Source: Saprospirales bacterium (GTDB lineage: Bacteria > Bacteroidota > Bacteroidia > Chitinophagales > Saprospiraceae). From it: DNA of 64,000 nucleotides. Each line of letters opens with the position of its first letter. The first letter of the stretch is position 1. Position numbers and translations under genes: made by a program. The notes under the pieces are model-generated. The model was not told where the DNA came from. It saw only the letters and a program-made list of their open reading frames with translations, and made no database searches. Location of the stretch: contig PAAY01000027.1 in assembly GCA_002698985.1 (NCBI GenBank), forward strand, positions 11,231 to 75,230, given 5' to 3'. Positions 17,311-26,893 of the stretch are shown here, one piece after another.

Positions 17311-19038
17311 CCTAACTTTCACTGCCGTCGTCCATCCATCGCCGGTCAGGTTCAGGATGAGTATTTGGTCGGGGGCGAGACCGGCGGTGTTTATGGAAAA
17401 GCTGTTCTCTCCCGGATGGGCCTCGATTTCTTCTTCGTAAACGAGGCGGCCGGTCAGGGTGTGGAGGCGGGCCAGGTAGCGGCCGGCTTTCGGGCTGTTG
17501 AATGTTGCGACGAAAAAGCCATGAGAGGGGTTGGGCATTACCCGAAGGGAAATGTTTGAGGCAGATTGCTGTTCGGCGGTGGCGGTGGCATTGCCGAAGA
17601 GGATGCCCTCTTGCGGCTCATTGCCTTCGGTGATGGTGTAGTACTTGCCGGGGGCAGGCGGCGTGATGGATTGTACCAGTCCGGAAGGCCAGTGGATGGT
17701 CATGGCGGTGATGGCATCGGCGGTGCCCAGGCCGAATAGGAAATGCCGGCTGCCCTGGCTGAGCCAGCCGTTGCCGGCGGTGAGCTCGTCATAATGCAGT
17801 TTACCGGTGTTGTCGGTCATTTCGATGCGGGCGCCGATGGCCTGGCGGTTGCTCTGCACGCCGATGAGTTTGATGCCGATCCAGTTGCCCGAAGGGCCGT
17901 CATTGTGGAAAACCTGTGCCTGTTCGCTGTCGCTGCGGTTGGCCACGGCGATGTCGGGGCGGCCGTCGAGGTCCAGGTCGAAAACGGCGTTGCCGTAGCT
18001 CTGGTACTGGTTGCAGACGGGGCCGGTGGTATCGGCCTTTTCGAAGGTCAGGTCACCCCTGTTGCGGAAGAGGAGGTTGGGGAAGGGGGAGAATTTGTAG
18101 TCGTTGCAGAGGTAGAGGTCCTGCTGGACGTCGAGGTCGAAATCGAGGAAGCTGATGCCCCAGCCCATGCCGAGGTCGCCCACGCCGGCGCTGCTGCTGA
18201 TGTCGGTGAAGCCGGTGCCGGAGCCGTCGTTCAGGAGCAGTAAATTCTGGTACAGGTTGGCGATGGCGATGTCGGGCCAGCCGTCGTTGTTCACATCGCC
18301 GATGTCCACGCCCATGGCGAAGCTGGCTGTGTTGGCGCCGGTGCTGACACCCACCTCGGTGAAATGGCCGCTGCCGTCGTTTTGGTAGAGCAGGTTGGGT
18401 TCGTTGCCATCGTGAACGAGGTAGAGGTCGGCGTCACCGTCTTTGTCGAAGTCAAAAAAGATGGCGCCCATGGCCTTGCCTTCGTCCACGGCACCGGATT
18501 GGATGGTGTTGTCGGAAAATGTCAGATCGCCGTTGTTGAGCAGCAGCAGATTTTGTTCCTGAAAATTGGCCACGTAAATATCGAGGAAGCCGTCGCCGTT
18601 TACGTCTGCCATGTTGAGCGACTGCGGCCAGCCCAGTTGGCCGATGCCGGCACTTGTGCTGATGTCGGTGAATGACTGCCCCTGGTTGTTTTTGAAAAGC
18701 CGGTCGGGTGCGCCTTTGTTGGCGAGGTAGAGGTCGAGCCAGCCGTCGTTGTCGATATCGCCCCAGATGGCGGCTTTGGTGTTGTCAGCGGCGCTGAGGT
18801 CAAGCCCCAGATCGGGTGCCACGTTGGTGAAGGTGCCGTCGCCGTTGTTGCGCCAGAGCTGGTTCGGGTAATTGGGGAAACTCAGGTAGAGGTCCTCATA
18901 ACCGTCGTTGTTGTAGTCGCCTGCGGCAATGCCTTCGGCACCGGGGGAGGGGGGAAGACCGGGGATTTCGGAATAGAAATTCTGGGCCTGAATGTTCAGG
19001 CAGAAAAGCATTGCCAGGGTGAAGAGTGGCCATTTCAT
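17293..19038 (-). CDS. FG-GAP/VCBS-repeat (ASPIC/UnbV-like) secreted protein with T9SS C-terminal sorting domain
   Basis: Signal peptide MKWPLFTLAMLFCLNIQAQ. Repeated DxNxDGxxD(L/I)Y FG-GAP calcium motifs. C-terminal LRVMPNPSHGFF...LHTLTGRLVYEEE... fits a T9SS CTD. Confidence 0.85.
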   Translation of the reverse strand: MKWPLFTLAMLFCLNIQAQNFYSEIPGLPPSPGAEGIAAGDYNNDGYEDLYLSFPNYPNQLWRNNGDGTFTNVAPDLGLDLSAADNTKAAIWGDIDNDGWLDLYLANKGAPDRLFKNNQGQSFTDISTSAGIGQLGWPQSLNMADVNGDGFLDIYVANFQEQNLLLLNNGDLTFSDNTIQSGAVDEGKAMGAIFFDFDKDGDADLYLVHDGNEPNLLYQNDGSGHFTEVGVSTGANTASFAMGVDIGDVNNDGWPDIAIANLYQNLLLLNDGSGTGFTDISSSAGVGDLGMGWGISFLDFDLDVQQDLYLCNDYKFSPFPNLLFRNRGDLTFEKADTTGPVCNQYQSYGNAVFDLDLDGRPDIAVANRSDSEQAQVFHNDGPSGNWIGIKLIGVQSNRQAIGARIEMTDNTGKLHYDELTAGNGWLSQGSRHFLFGLGTADAITAMTIHWPSGLVQSITPPAPGKYYTITEGNEPQEGILFGNATATAEQQSASNISLRVMPNPSHGFFVATFNSPKAGRYLARLHTLTGRLVYEEEIEAHPGENSFSINTAGLAPDQILILNLTGDGWTTAVKVRVGSRE

Positions 19039-19087
19039 GCGCTGGATGTTTTTGTGTGAATGGAAAATCCAGGCGCCAATTTAATGG

Positions 19088-19133
19088 AAAGGTTGAGAAA
19101 GGTTGAGAGGGGTTTAGAGGAGTTTAGAGGAGT
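19088..19133. repeat. Short tandem decamers (GGTTGAGARR x2, RGTTTAGAGG x2)
   Basis: Seen directly in the intergenic gap. The GTTTAG word is shared with other repeat modules. Confidence 0.8.
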
Positions 19134-19160
19134 TCCGAACCCCTGCCTGCGTTGGGGGCT

Positions 19161-19502
19161 TCATGGATCATGCTTCCAGATGAGGGTTTGTTTGAGGTTG
19201 GGGAAATCGGGGCAGGTGCCGTCGCCACCGCCGCCAAAGCCGCCGTCAGGGGCGCAGATCCGATCGCAATTGTCGTCGTAAAGGAAGTGGAAGCAGTCGA
19301 AGCAATCGGCGGTGTTGAGGTAATAGCCCTTGCCGCCTTCCCATTCCCATTTCCAGAGCTCAGAGGCATAGGGCTGCTTTTTGAGGAAGATGACTTTGTC
19401 CACCATGCACCGGGGCAGCTTGTCGAATTCGTCCTCTTTGTTGCACGAAGTGCCAAGGACAAAGAAAAGCAGGAGCAAAACGGAAATGACTTTTGTATTC
19501 AT
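19161..19502 (-). CDS. Small Cys-rich lipoprotein, function unknown
   Basis: ORF trimmed to MNTKVISVLLLLFFVLGTSC (lipobox). 113 aa with 8 Cys. Confidence 0.6.
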   Translation of the reverse strand: MNTKVISVLLLLFFVLGTSCNKEDEFDKLPRCMVDKVIFLKKQPYASELWKWEWEGGKGYYLNTADCFDCFHFLYDDNCDRICAPDGGFGGGGDGTCPDFPNLKQTLIWKHDP

Positions 19503-19792
19503 GATCGCAGGGTTTGAGGGTTCTGGAAGGCTGTAAAGCCAGACGGAATTAGCTGTCTCAGGGTTGGGGATGCGCCACAATTCAACGCTATTGGTTTTTG
19601 GCTTTCCGGGATTGAACACTCACTTTAGCGCCCTTCAAAGTTTTATGCAATCGTAAATTTCAACTTTAGATTTACATAAAAAACCGCCGGCGGAATTGGC
19701 TGTTCATCTCCAGCGGCTGCTTTTTCTCAACCTGCTTATTCCGTTCCGGCAAATTGCTTTCTATTTGCAGTTCCGGAAAAAATTTGCCTTGT

Positions 19793-20188
19793 ATGAAAAG
19801 CCTTTCGATTGTGTTTTCTGTGTTTCTCGTGGCCTTGCTCGCTGCCTGCCACGACAATCCGTACAAACAGGGCGAACTGTACTACACCAACCTGTGCGCC
19901 AACTGCCACATGGAAGACGGTGGTGGACTGGAACTGCTGGTGCCACCCCTTGCCGGCGCCGATTTTGTCAGAGACCATCCGGAAAAGGTGGCTTGCATCA
20001 TCCGCCATGGCATGAGCGGCAAAGTGGTGGTGAACGGCATAGAATACGAAGGCGAAATGCCCGCCGTGCCAGAATTGACCGATTTCGAAATCGTCAATGT
20101 GATCAACTTCATCAACAAGGCCTGGGGCAATGACTACCCGCCGGTGACCTACGAACAGGTGAAATCAGCCCTCGAAAATTGTGAATGA
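19793..20188 (+). CDS. Class I c-type cytochrome (lipoprotein)
   Basis: ORF trimmed to MKSLSIVFSVFLVALLAAC. Heme-binding CANCH motif and a downstream Met ligand region (GEMPAV). Confidence 0.85.
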   Translation: MKSLSIVFSVFLVALLAACHDNPYKQGELYYTNLCANCHMEDGGGLELLVPPLAGADFVRDHPEKVACIIRHGMSGKVVVNGIEYEGEMPAVPELTDFEIVNVINFINKAWGNDYPPVTYEQVKSALENCE

Positions 20189-20232
20189 CGGGAACCCTTT
20201 GGGCTGGCCGCTGTTACTGCCCAAAAAATACC

Positions 20233-20691
20233 ATGCACCGTTTCCAATGTCAGCAAACCCTCCCCATCAGTCTCGATGAAGCCTGGGAATTTTTTTCCTC
20301 TCCGGCCAACCTGCAACTGATGACCCCACCGGAACTGAACCTGGTGCCCCTCACCGAAATTCCGGAAGAAATGTATGAAGGCATGTTCGTGACCTACCGG
20401 GTCAAACCCCTTGCGGGCATTCCCATGACCTGGGTCACGGAAATCACCCACCTGAAACACCGCCAGTATTTCGTCGACGAGCAACGGCTGGGGCCTTACA
20501 GCATCTGGCACCACCAGCACCTCTTCAAAGAAGTGCCGGGCGGGGTGGAAATGACCGATATCGTGGATTACAGGGTGCCGCTGGGGCCGCTGGGGATTTT
20601 GCTCCAAAAACTTGTCGTTGGAAAAAAGGTGGAGGGGATTTTCGAATACCGCCGAAAGCGGCTCATTGAGTTGTTTGGAGAGGGTAAATAA
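20233..20691 (+). CDS. SRPBCC-superfamily protein
   Basis: ORF trimmed to MHRFQCQQTLPISLDEAWEFFSSPANL. Length and pattern fit the START/Bet v1-like SRPBCC fold family. Confidence 0.65.
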   Translation: MHRFQCQQTLPISLDEAWEFFSSPANLQLMTPPELNLVPLTEIPEEMYEGMFVTYRVKPLAGIPMTWVTEITHLKHRQYFVDEQRLGPYSIWHHQHLFKEVPGGVEMTDIVDYRVPLGPLGILLQKLVVGKKVEGIFEYRRKRLIELFGEGK

Positions 20692-20692
20692 A

Positions 20693-20723
20693 CAACTGAC
20701 AGCACGGCGAGTGCTGTCAGTTG
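20693..20723. terminator. Hairpin between convergent genes, possibly a bidirectional terminator
   Basis: Perfect 13-bp stem CAACTGACAGCAC / GTGCTGTCAGTTG with loop GGCGA. Flanking T tracts are weak. Confidence 0.5.
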
Positions 20724-20735
20724 GGCATGGTGTAA

Positions 20736-21758
20736 TTACTTCGTGCGTTTCTTCACCACGGGTTGCATTTTGGGGTTCTTGTTCCTTTTCTTCAGCGCTC
20801 TGCGCAATTTCCTTTCAACCAGTTTGCGGTCTTTTTCCAGTTGCTTTTTGGCTTTCAGTTTTTGCTTGCGCTGGTATTTGAGGGAGCGCTTTTTCTTCAG
20901 CTCCCTTTTGAGTTTTTCAGGGTCGGGTTGTTTGAGGTGGTCCTTGAAGGGCTCGTATTTGGGATCGAAGTCGATGCCGTATTTGTCGGTCAGGTTCACC
21001 GTCAGGTTGATGCCGGCGAAAAAGTACCAGTCCTTGTTGTTGGGGTTGCCCCGCATCTGGCCCATTGGGTCTTCGGTAAATTCCCCGGTCAGCTCAGGAG
21101 TTCTGTACGACAGGGCCGCATTCAGCGGGGCGTAAGAGCGCATGCCAATTACGTCCGGGTAGCGGTTGCTAACGTCGTCCAGGTAGTCGGTGAAGGTTTT
21201 GCGGGCTCCAAACTCAAAACCGAAATTGGCTTTGTAGGAAAGGTTGAATTTCATTCCGATGCCAAAAGGGATGGCCACGATGGTGCGCTTGTAATCCACA
21301 CCCTCAGTGTGCCGCGGATGCAGATCGTACCATTGGCCGTGCATCTGGGCTTCGGGGTTGAAGCTGGTCAGTGCCAGTCCTGCAAAAAGGTAAGGCACTC
21401 CGGTTTTCTGGTCGCGTATGTTGTAGGGCGTCAGGTTGTATTCACCCATCACAGAAAACTCATACACCTGCGAGCGGAAGTGCAGGTTGCGCATCCTCGT
21501 TGCCGGCGAAAGGGAATTCTGATCGTTGCCGCTGATGGTGGCCCGTGTCAGGCCCGCTCTGGCCGAAAACGTAGGTGTAAAGTTGTACCTCGCCATGATG
21601 CCCATCATCAGGTTGGTTTCTTCCGGAACGATGCGCTGCGAGCTGAGGTCGCCCATGTAGTTGGCACCGCCGAAGAGAATTCCGGCTTCCATGTACTGGG
21701 CACGCATCAGCGTGCTTGCGAGGAGTGAGAGGATGAAAAGGGTGAATAGTCTTTTCAT
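20736..21758 (-). CDS. Outer-membrane beta-barrel protein with a highly basic Lys-rich C-terminal tail
   Basis: Signal peptide MKRLFTLFILSLLASTLMRAQ. Alternating beta-strand pattern with aromatic ends. The last ~75 aa are K/R-rich (KLKRELKKKRSLKYQRKQKLKAKKQLEKDRKL...). Confidence 0.65.
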   Translation of the reverse strand: MKRLFTLFILSLLASTLMRAQYMEAGILFGGANYMGDLSSQRIVPEETNLMMGIMARYNFTPTFSARAGLTRATISGNDQNSLSPATRMRNLHFRSQVYEFSVMGEYNLTPYNIRDQKTGVPYLFAGLALTSFNPEAQMHGQWYDLHPRHTEGVDYKRTIVAIPFGIGMKFNLSYKANFGFEFGARKTFTDYLDDVSNRYPDVIGMRSYAPLNAALSYRTPELTGEFTEDPMGQMRGNPNNKDWYFFAGINLTVNLTDKYGIDFDPKYEPFKDHLKQPDPEKLKRELKKKRSLKYQRKQKLKAKKQLEKDRKLVERKLRRALKKRNKNPKMQPVVKKRTK

Positions 21759-21875
21759 GATTATTGGCTCATTTAAAACATGTGTTCAGCTCTGCGAAAC
21801 AGAGTTTTTCATATTATAAATAAGCAAATAAGAAGCCAAAATCGGCGAGATTCACCCTTCTTATGAAAAAAAATA

Positions 21876-23219
21876 CTAATTGATTTCCTCCTCATCAGCA
21901 GTTTTGAGGAGTTCCGGGGGCATGTTTTTGGTGGTTTTGGCACCCAGGTCTTTGATGCGCTGTGCCCTGCCAACCACCGTATCGCCGAAGCGGCTGGAGT
22001 TGTTGAGCTTGTTCATGGCAGCGGTATAGGCTCGCTGCGCCTGGTCCATTCGTTGGCCGAGTTCTTTCAAATCTTCTATGAAGGCCACCAGCTTGTCATA
22101 GAGCTTCCCGCTTTCCCTTGCGATCTTGTCCACGTTTTTCCGCTGGTCGTCTTGTTTCCAGATGAAAGAGACGGTGCGCATGGTGGCCAGCAGGGTGGAG
22201 GGGCTCACCAGCACGATGTTGTTGTCCAGCCCAAACTGAAAGAGGCCCAGGTCGTTTTGCACAGCGGTGATGAAAGCCGGCTCGATGGGCACGAACAGCA
22301 GCACATAATCCGGGCTGTTGATCTGGTAAAGTTGCTGGTAGTTTTTAGCGGCCAGGCCTTTGACGTGTTTGCGGAGGCTGTCCAGGTGGGTCAGCAGGTG
22401 TTTTGCCTTCTTATTTTCATCCTCTTCGTTGAAATACCGCTCATAAGCCGTCAGCGACACCTTGCAGTCGATCACCAGGTTTTTCCCTTCGGGTAAATGA
22501 ATGATGAAGTCGGGCCGCACATTTTTACCGTCATCGGTTTTGTAGGTGTCCTGGGTAGCGAAGTGGATGCCTTTTTGGAGGCCGGCGGCTTCCAGCAGTC
22601 GCTCCAGTTGCATCTCGCCCCAGTCGCCCTGGGTTTTGGAATCGCCTTTCAGGGCCAGGGCCAGGTTTCGGGCATCGCTGCTCACCTGCTGGTTGAGCTC
22701 TTTCAGGTGTTCGATTTCTTTTTTCAGCGAAACCACATCTTTAGCCTCTTCGGAAAAGCGCTTTTCGATGTCCTGCCCGAATTCCCGGATTCGCTCACGC
22801 AATGGGTTGAGGATGTCGTTGAGCTGCTTCTGGTTTTCGTTTGTGAACTTTTTGGATTTTTCTTCCAAAATCCTGTTGGCCAGGTTTTCAAACTCCAGTT
22901 TCGACTGCTTTTGCAATTCCGCCATTTGCAGTTCCCAGGTGTCCAGTTTTTCCTGCATATGCCGCAGGTCGGATTTTCTGGCTGCCAGTTCACGTTCAGC
23001 CACCAGCAGCTGTTCATTGGTTTGCTGAAGCGCTTGCCGTGACTGCGCCAGTTGTTCTTGAACAGCCTGGTGCTGCTCTTTGCTCACATGGCTTTTTTCC
23101 AGTTCCCCTCGGGAAATGTAGCGGGAAGAAAGGCTCAGTTTCGTGTAAAGCCAGACGATGAGTCCTCCGAGCAACAAGCCAATCAACAGGGGCAGCAGCA
23201 GCGTTTCTGAATATTCCAT
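21876..23219 (-). CDS. rmuC: DNA recombination protein RmuC
   Basis: ORF trimmed to MEYSETLLLPLLIGLLLGGLIVWLY (N-terminal TM). Long coiled coil, then the RmuC nuclease-like C-terminal domain (RPDFIIHLPEGKNLVIDCKVSLTAY). Confidence 0.85.
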   Translation of the reverse strand: MEYSETLLLPLLIGLLLGGLIVWLYTKLSLSSRYISRGELEKSHVSKEQHQAVQEQLAQSRQALQQTNEQLLVAERELAARKSDLRHMQEKLDTWELQMAELQKQSKLEFENLANRILEEKSKKFTNENQKQLNDILNPLRERIREFGQDIEKRFSEEAKDVVSLKKEIEHLKELNQQVSSDARNLALALKGDSKTQGDWGEMQLERLLEAAGLQKGIHFATQDTYKTDDGKNVRPDFIIHLPEGKNLVIDCKVSLTAYERYFNEEDENKKAKHLLTHLDSLRKHVKGLAAKNYQQLYQINSPDYVLLFVPIEPAFITAVQNDLGLFQFGLDNNIVLVSPSTLLATMRTVSFIWKQDDQRKNVDKIARESGKLYDKLVAFIEDLKELGQRMDQAQRAYTAAMNKLNNSSRFGDTVVGRAQRIKDLGAKTTKNMPPELLKTADEEEIN

Positions 23220-23290
23220 GAGACGAAAAGTTTGATTCAGGCCCGAAAGGTATGTATTTGTTTGAATTTGTGAAACAAAATGTTTTGGGG

Positions 23291-23335
23291 CGTGACACGT
23301 GACACGTGACTCATTGAGTTGGCCTGGCGTCAGCA
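23291..23335. repeat. GTGACAC/GTGACTC heptamer module with an ATTGAGTTGGCCTG tail
   Basis: CGTGACACGTGACACGTGACTCATTGAGTTGGCCTG. A second copy at 25475-25522 is the target of the IS insertion. Confidence 0.85.
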
Positions 23336-23420
23336 TGTCCAACCCTCGTCTCTCCAGACGGACAGGGACAAGCTGGACAGATGAGCCTGGGAGGCTACAC
23401 TTTACTTTCATTAGCCATTG

Positions 23421-23450
23421 GAAGATCCGCCTTCGGCGGATGACAAAACG
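23421..23450 (-). repeat. Fragment of the MITE-like element (left end), inverted orientation
   Basis: GAAGATCCGCCTTCGGCGGATGACAAA is the reverse complement of TTTGTCATCCGCCGGAGGCGGATCTTC from the 9.6-9.9 kb copies. Confidence 0.75.
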
Positions 23451-23576
23451 GTACCTGCCTTCTTAGTGGTACCTGGCTCATAAAGTGGGTGTCTTTTTCC
23501 TACTCTACACTACCGTCGGGCTCTGTAAACCTGGCGGGCAAGGGCAGACTTCAGAATTCTGATAATTCAGCTATGA

Positions 23577-23812
23577 GTGATGAAAAAGCTAGCGCTTCCA
23601 AACTCTACACCCTACACTCTCAACCCTACACTTTTCTAACCACAGAGTTATCAGAGTTGAAAACAGAGTATAGCAGAGTATTCCTGCTAAACCTTATAAT
23701 CCTCCATAATCCTCCATAATCCTCCATAATCCTCCATAATCCTCCATAATCCTCATAATCCTCATAATCCCACAACCGGCAACCGCCAACCGGTAACCGA
23801 AAACCCCTATCT
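23577..23812 (-). repeat. Mosaic repeat locus (core in minus orientation plus decamer, nonamer and heptamer arrays)
   Basis: GATGAAAAAGCTAGCGC, CTACACC-type units, then the core ...AACCACAGAGTTATCAGAGTTGAAAACAGAGTATAGCAGAGTATTCCTGCTAAACC. Arrays follow: (ATAATCCTCC)x5, (ATAATCCTC)x2 and (CAACCGN)x4. Confidence 0.9.
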
Positions 23813-23844
23813 TTCGCCCGCATTTTTGACGAAGAAAAAACTCC

Positions 23845-25479
23845 ATGAAAGAACTTACCGGGAACATCATCGACCTGCACAAGCGGCGTATTTATTACGG
23901 GCGGGTGCAGTTTGCCGAAGGAAAAATAATTTCAATCACAGAAGAGGAGGGCAGGAGCGAGCGGTACATCCTGCCCGGCTTTGTGGATGCGCATGTCCAC
24001 GTCGAAAGCAGCATGCTCATTCCCTCCGAATTTGCCCGGCTGGCGGTGGTGCATGGCACCGTGGCCACGGTTTCCGATCCGCACGAAATTGCCAATGTGG
24101 TGGGGGTGCCGGGCGTGGAGTTCATGATTGAAAACGGGCGGCAGGTGCCGTTCAAGTTCAATTTCGGGGCGCCTTCCTGTGTGCCGGCCACGGCCTTTGA
24201 AACTGCGGGTGCCGTGCTGGACGTGGAGGCGGTGACGGCGCTGCTGAAAAAGCCGGAAATCCGCTACCTGTCGGAAATGATGAATTATCCCGGCGTGATA
24301 TTTCAGGATGCGCAGGTCTTGGCAAAACTGGCTGCGGCCAAAGCCTTGAACAAACCCATAGACGGGCATGCACCGGGGCTGAGGGGCGAAGACGCTCGAA
24401 AGTATTTTGCCGAAGGCATCAGTACTGACCACGAGTGCTTCACCTATGAAGAGGGGCGGGAAAAGGCGCAGCTCGGGGTGAAAATCCTGATCCGTGAGGG
24501 CAGTGCAGCCCGGAACTTCGAAGCCCTCATCCCGCTGTTAGAGGAGTTTCCGGAGCAGATCATGTTTTGTTCCGACGACAAACACCCCGACGACCTGATT
24601 CTTGGCCACATTAATCAGTTGGTGGCCCGGGCCCTGGCCAAAGGCTGCGACCTCATCAGCACCTTGCGAGCTGCCTGTGTGCATCCGGTGGAGCATTACA
24701 AGCTGCCCGTCGGCTTGTTGCGGGAGGGCGATCCGGCCGATTTCATCGTGACTTCCGACCTCGAAGACTTTCGAATCGATCAAACCTGGATCAACGGCGA
24801 ACTGGTGGCAGAAAACGGCCGAAGCCTGATTCAACAGGTGGCTTGCCAGCCCATCAATAATTTTCAGACGGAAAAGAAAAGCCCCGAAGATTTTCGCCTC
24901 ACTGCCTCCGGCAGCAACATGCGGGTTATCAAAGCCCTGGATGGGGAGCTGATCACGGAGGAGTTCATGGCTCCGGTGATTGCCCCGGATGGTTTTGCCG
25001 AAGGCGATGAAGAAAAAGATATTTTGAAATTCACCGTCGTCAACCGCTACCAGGATGTGCCACCGGCGATAGCCTTTATCAACGGCTTCAACATCAGGGG
25101 CGGGGCCATCGCCTCTTGTGTGGGGCACGACAGCCACAACATCCTGGCCGTGGGCAGCAACGATGAACTGCTCTGCCGGGCTGTCAACCTTATCGTCGAA
25201 AACAAGGGCGGCATCAGTGCAGTGGCTGCGGATGGAACCGAGATGGTGCTGCCGCTGCCCGTGGCCGGCATCATGACCACCGCCGACGGTTACGAAGTGG
25301 CGAAACTGTATTCCGAGATTGACAAATTTGTGAAAACCAAACTGGGCAGTACCTTGCGGGCGCCGTTTATGACCCTGTCGTTCATGGCGCTGCTGGTCAT
25401 CCCGCAACTGAAACTCAGTGACAAGGGCCTTTTTGATGGAAAGACTTTCCGATTTGTGGATTTGTTTGAAAAGCCGTGA
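23845..25479 (+). CDS. ade: Adenine deaminase
   Basis: 544 aa. Amidohydrolase metal motif [14 protein letters not shown] and a typical Ade C-terminal domain. The stop codon lies inside the first GTGAC heptamer of the downstream repeat. Confidence 0.9.
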   Translation: MKELTGNIIDLHKRRIYYGRVQFAEGKIISITEEEGRSERYILPGFVDAHVHVESSMLIPSEFARLAVVHGTVATVSDPHEIANVVGVPGVEFMIENGRQVPFKFNFGAPSCVPATAFETAGAVLDVEAVTALLKKPEIRYLSEMMNYPGVIFQDAQVLAKLAAAKALNKPIDGHAPGLRGEDARKYFAEGISTDHECFTYEEGREKAQLGVKILIREGSAARNFEALIPLLEEFPEQIMFCSDDKHPDDLILGHINQLVARALAKGCDLISTLRAACVHPVEHYKLPVGLLREGDPADFIVTSDLEDFRIDQTWINGELVAENGRSLIQQVACQPINNFQTEKKSPEDFRLTASGSNMRVIKALDGELITEEFMAPVIAPDGFAEGDEEKDILKFTVVNRYQDVPPAIAFINGFNIRGGAIASCVGHDSHNILAVGSNDELLCRAVNLIVENKGGISAVAADGTEMVLPLPVAGIMTTADGYEVAKLYSEIDKFVKTKLGSTLRAPFMTLSFMALLVIPQLKLSDKGLFDGKTFRFVDLFEKP

Positions 25480-25522
25480 CTCGTGACTCGTGACACGTAA
25501 CGCGTGACTCGTTGAGTTGGCC
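25475..25522. repeat. GTGACTC heptamer module, interrupted by the IS3-family element
   Basis: CGTGACTCGTGACTCGTGACACGTAACGCGTGACTCGTTGAGTTGGCC. The remainder (AAGTCACGTGAAAGG) continues after the IS at 26919. Confidence 0.85.
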
Positions 25523-25556
25523 TGAAATAAGTTGCCCAAAAAAAGCAACTTAAATC

Positions 25557-25976
25557 ATGGCAAAGATCAAAAAAAGCCAACTTGAGATTCGCAAAAGGCG
25601 TATCTTTAGTGAAGAGTTCAAGCGCCAGAAAGTCCAACAAATTGTTGAAAAAAAGCTCTCCATTGCTGAGGTATCTGAGCTCTATGGCGTTGCTCGCATG
25701 ACTGTTTACAGATGGCTCTATAAATTCTCTCCCCATCATAAAAAAGGGACAACCCAGGTGATTCAAATGGAAAGTGAAGAACACAAAACAAAGCAACTGC
25801 TGAAGAAGGTAGCAGAGTTGGAACAAGCCATTGGGCGCAAACAACTCCACATTGACTACCTGGAAAAACTCATTGCCATTTGCAGTGACGAGCTGAAAAT
25901 AGATCTTAAAAAAAATTTCGGTCAATCACACTCGAATGGTTCCGACAGCATCAAGACCAAACACCCTGGACAATGA
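25557..25976 (+). CDS. IS3-family transposase OrfA (HTH DNA-binding part)
   Basis: 139 aa with an HTH region (LSIAEVSELYGVARMTVYRWL) and a leucine-zipper-like helix. Confidence 0.85.
   Translation: MAKIKKSQLEIRKRRIFSEEFKRQKVQQIVEKKLSIAEVSELYGVARMTVYRWLYKFSPHHKKGTTQVIQMESEEHKTKQLLKKVAELEQAIGRKQLHIDYLEKLIAICSDELKIDLKKNFGQSHSNGSDSIKTKHPGQ
25908..25916 (+). other. Candidate -1 programmed ribosomal frameshift site (A8 run)
   Basis: CTT AAA AAA AAT in the OrfA frame. The -1 frame has a TAA at 25907-25909 and is open from 25910 onward, so only a slip within the A run can join OrfA to OrfB. Confidence 0.6.
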
Positions 25977-26893
25977 CAGCTCTTTATCGAACAGCCGGAA
26001 TCAGTAAACAGGCCCACTTGTCCTACATCAAAAGGCACCAGCAAAGGCAGTACAAATTCCTGATGCTCCAACTTCGACTGGACGATGAACGCAGCAAGCA
26101 TCCGGCTATGTCACTCAAGAAACTCTACAAGCGCATGTCCCCACAGTTTATTGGACGGGACTTGTTCATAGCGTATTGCCAGGAGCATGGCTATGAGACC
26201 ATATTGCCCCGTAAAACCCACTCTTCCAGACCTTTATCTGAAAAGGCACCTTACCCAAACCGTTGTGTGGATTTGGTGCTCATTGATATTAACCAGCTAT
26301 GGGTTAGCGACATTACCTATTTCAAAATTGGGAACGTGTTCTTTTACATCGTTCTGATCATGGATGTCTATTCCAGAAGAATTCTGGGCTATAATGCTAG
26401 TGCCAATATGTTCGCACAAGCCAATTTCAAGGCCCTTCAGATGGCACTCAAGCAAAGGAATATCGACCACTACAAAGACCGACTCATTCATCATTCAGAC
26501 AAAGGGAGCCAATACAAGAGTCTGCTATATGTAGAACATCTAAGAGATAAAGGCATCCTGGTCAGTATGGGGAATTGCTGTTTTGACAATGCACACATGG
26601 AGAGCCTTAACGGCATCTTGAAAAACGAGTACCTAAAGCACAGACCAATACACTCTGCACAAGACCTTGTAAAGTTTCTCAAACAAGATGTGCGCCTCTA
26701 TAACGAGGAACGCCCGCATGGCAGCCTAGGCAAAAGAACCCCTGTTGAATTTGAACGTTACATTTGTAACATACCTTTAGAAGAACGGACACGTTTGCCC
26801 ATTTTCGCCGACAAGGTTAAAGCAAACAAATTGTTGGTTTCTTCGACTGACCCTAAACAACTTAAAATCAATTTTCCAAATTTTATTCTGTAA
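25973..26893 (+). CDS. IS3-family transposase OrfB (DDE/rve integrase core), probably expressed as an OrfAB fusion by -1 frameshift
   Basis: DDE-type motifs LWVSDITYF, HHSDKGSQYKS and ESLNGILKNEY, then ...YNEERPHGSL. The frame is -1 relative to OrfA and is open from 25910. Confidence 0.88.
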   Translation: MTALYRTAGISKQAHLSYIKRHQQRQYKFLMLQLRLDDERSKHPAMSLKKLYKRMSPQFIGRDLFIAYCQEHGYETILPRKTHSSRPLSEKAPYPNRCVDLVLIDINQLWVSDITYFKIGNVFFYIVLIMDVYSRRILGYNASANMFAQANFKALQMALKQRNIDHYKDRLIHHSDKGSQYKSLLYVEHLRDKGILVSMGNCCFDNAHMESLNGILKNEYLKHRPIHSAQDLVKFLKQDVRLYNEERPHGSLGKRTPVEFERYICNIPLEERTRLPIFADKVKANKLLVSSTDPKQLKINFPNFIL

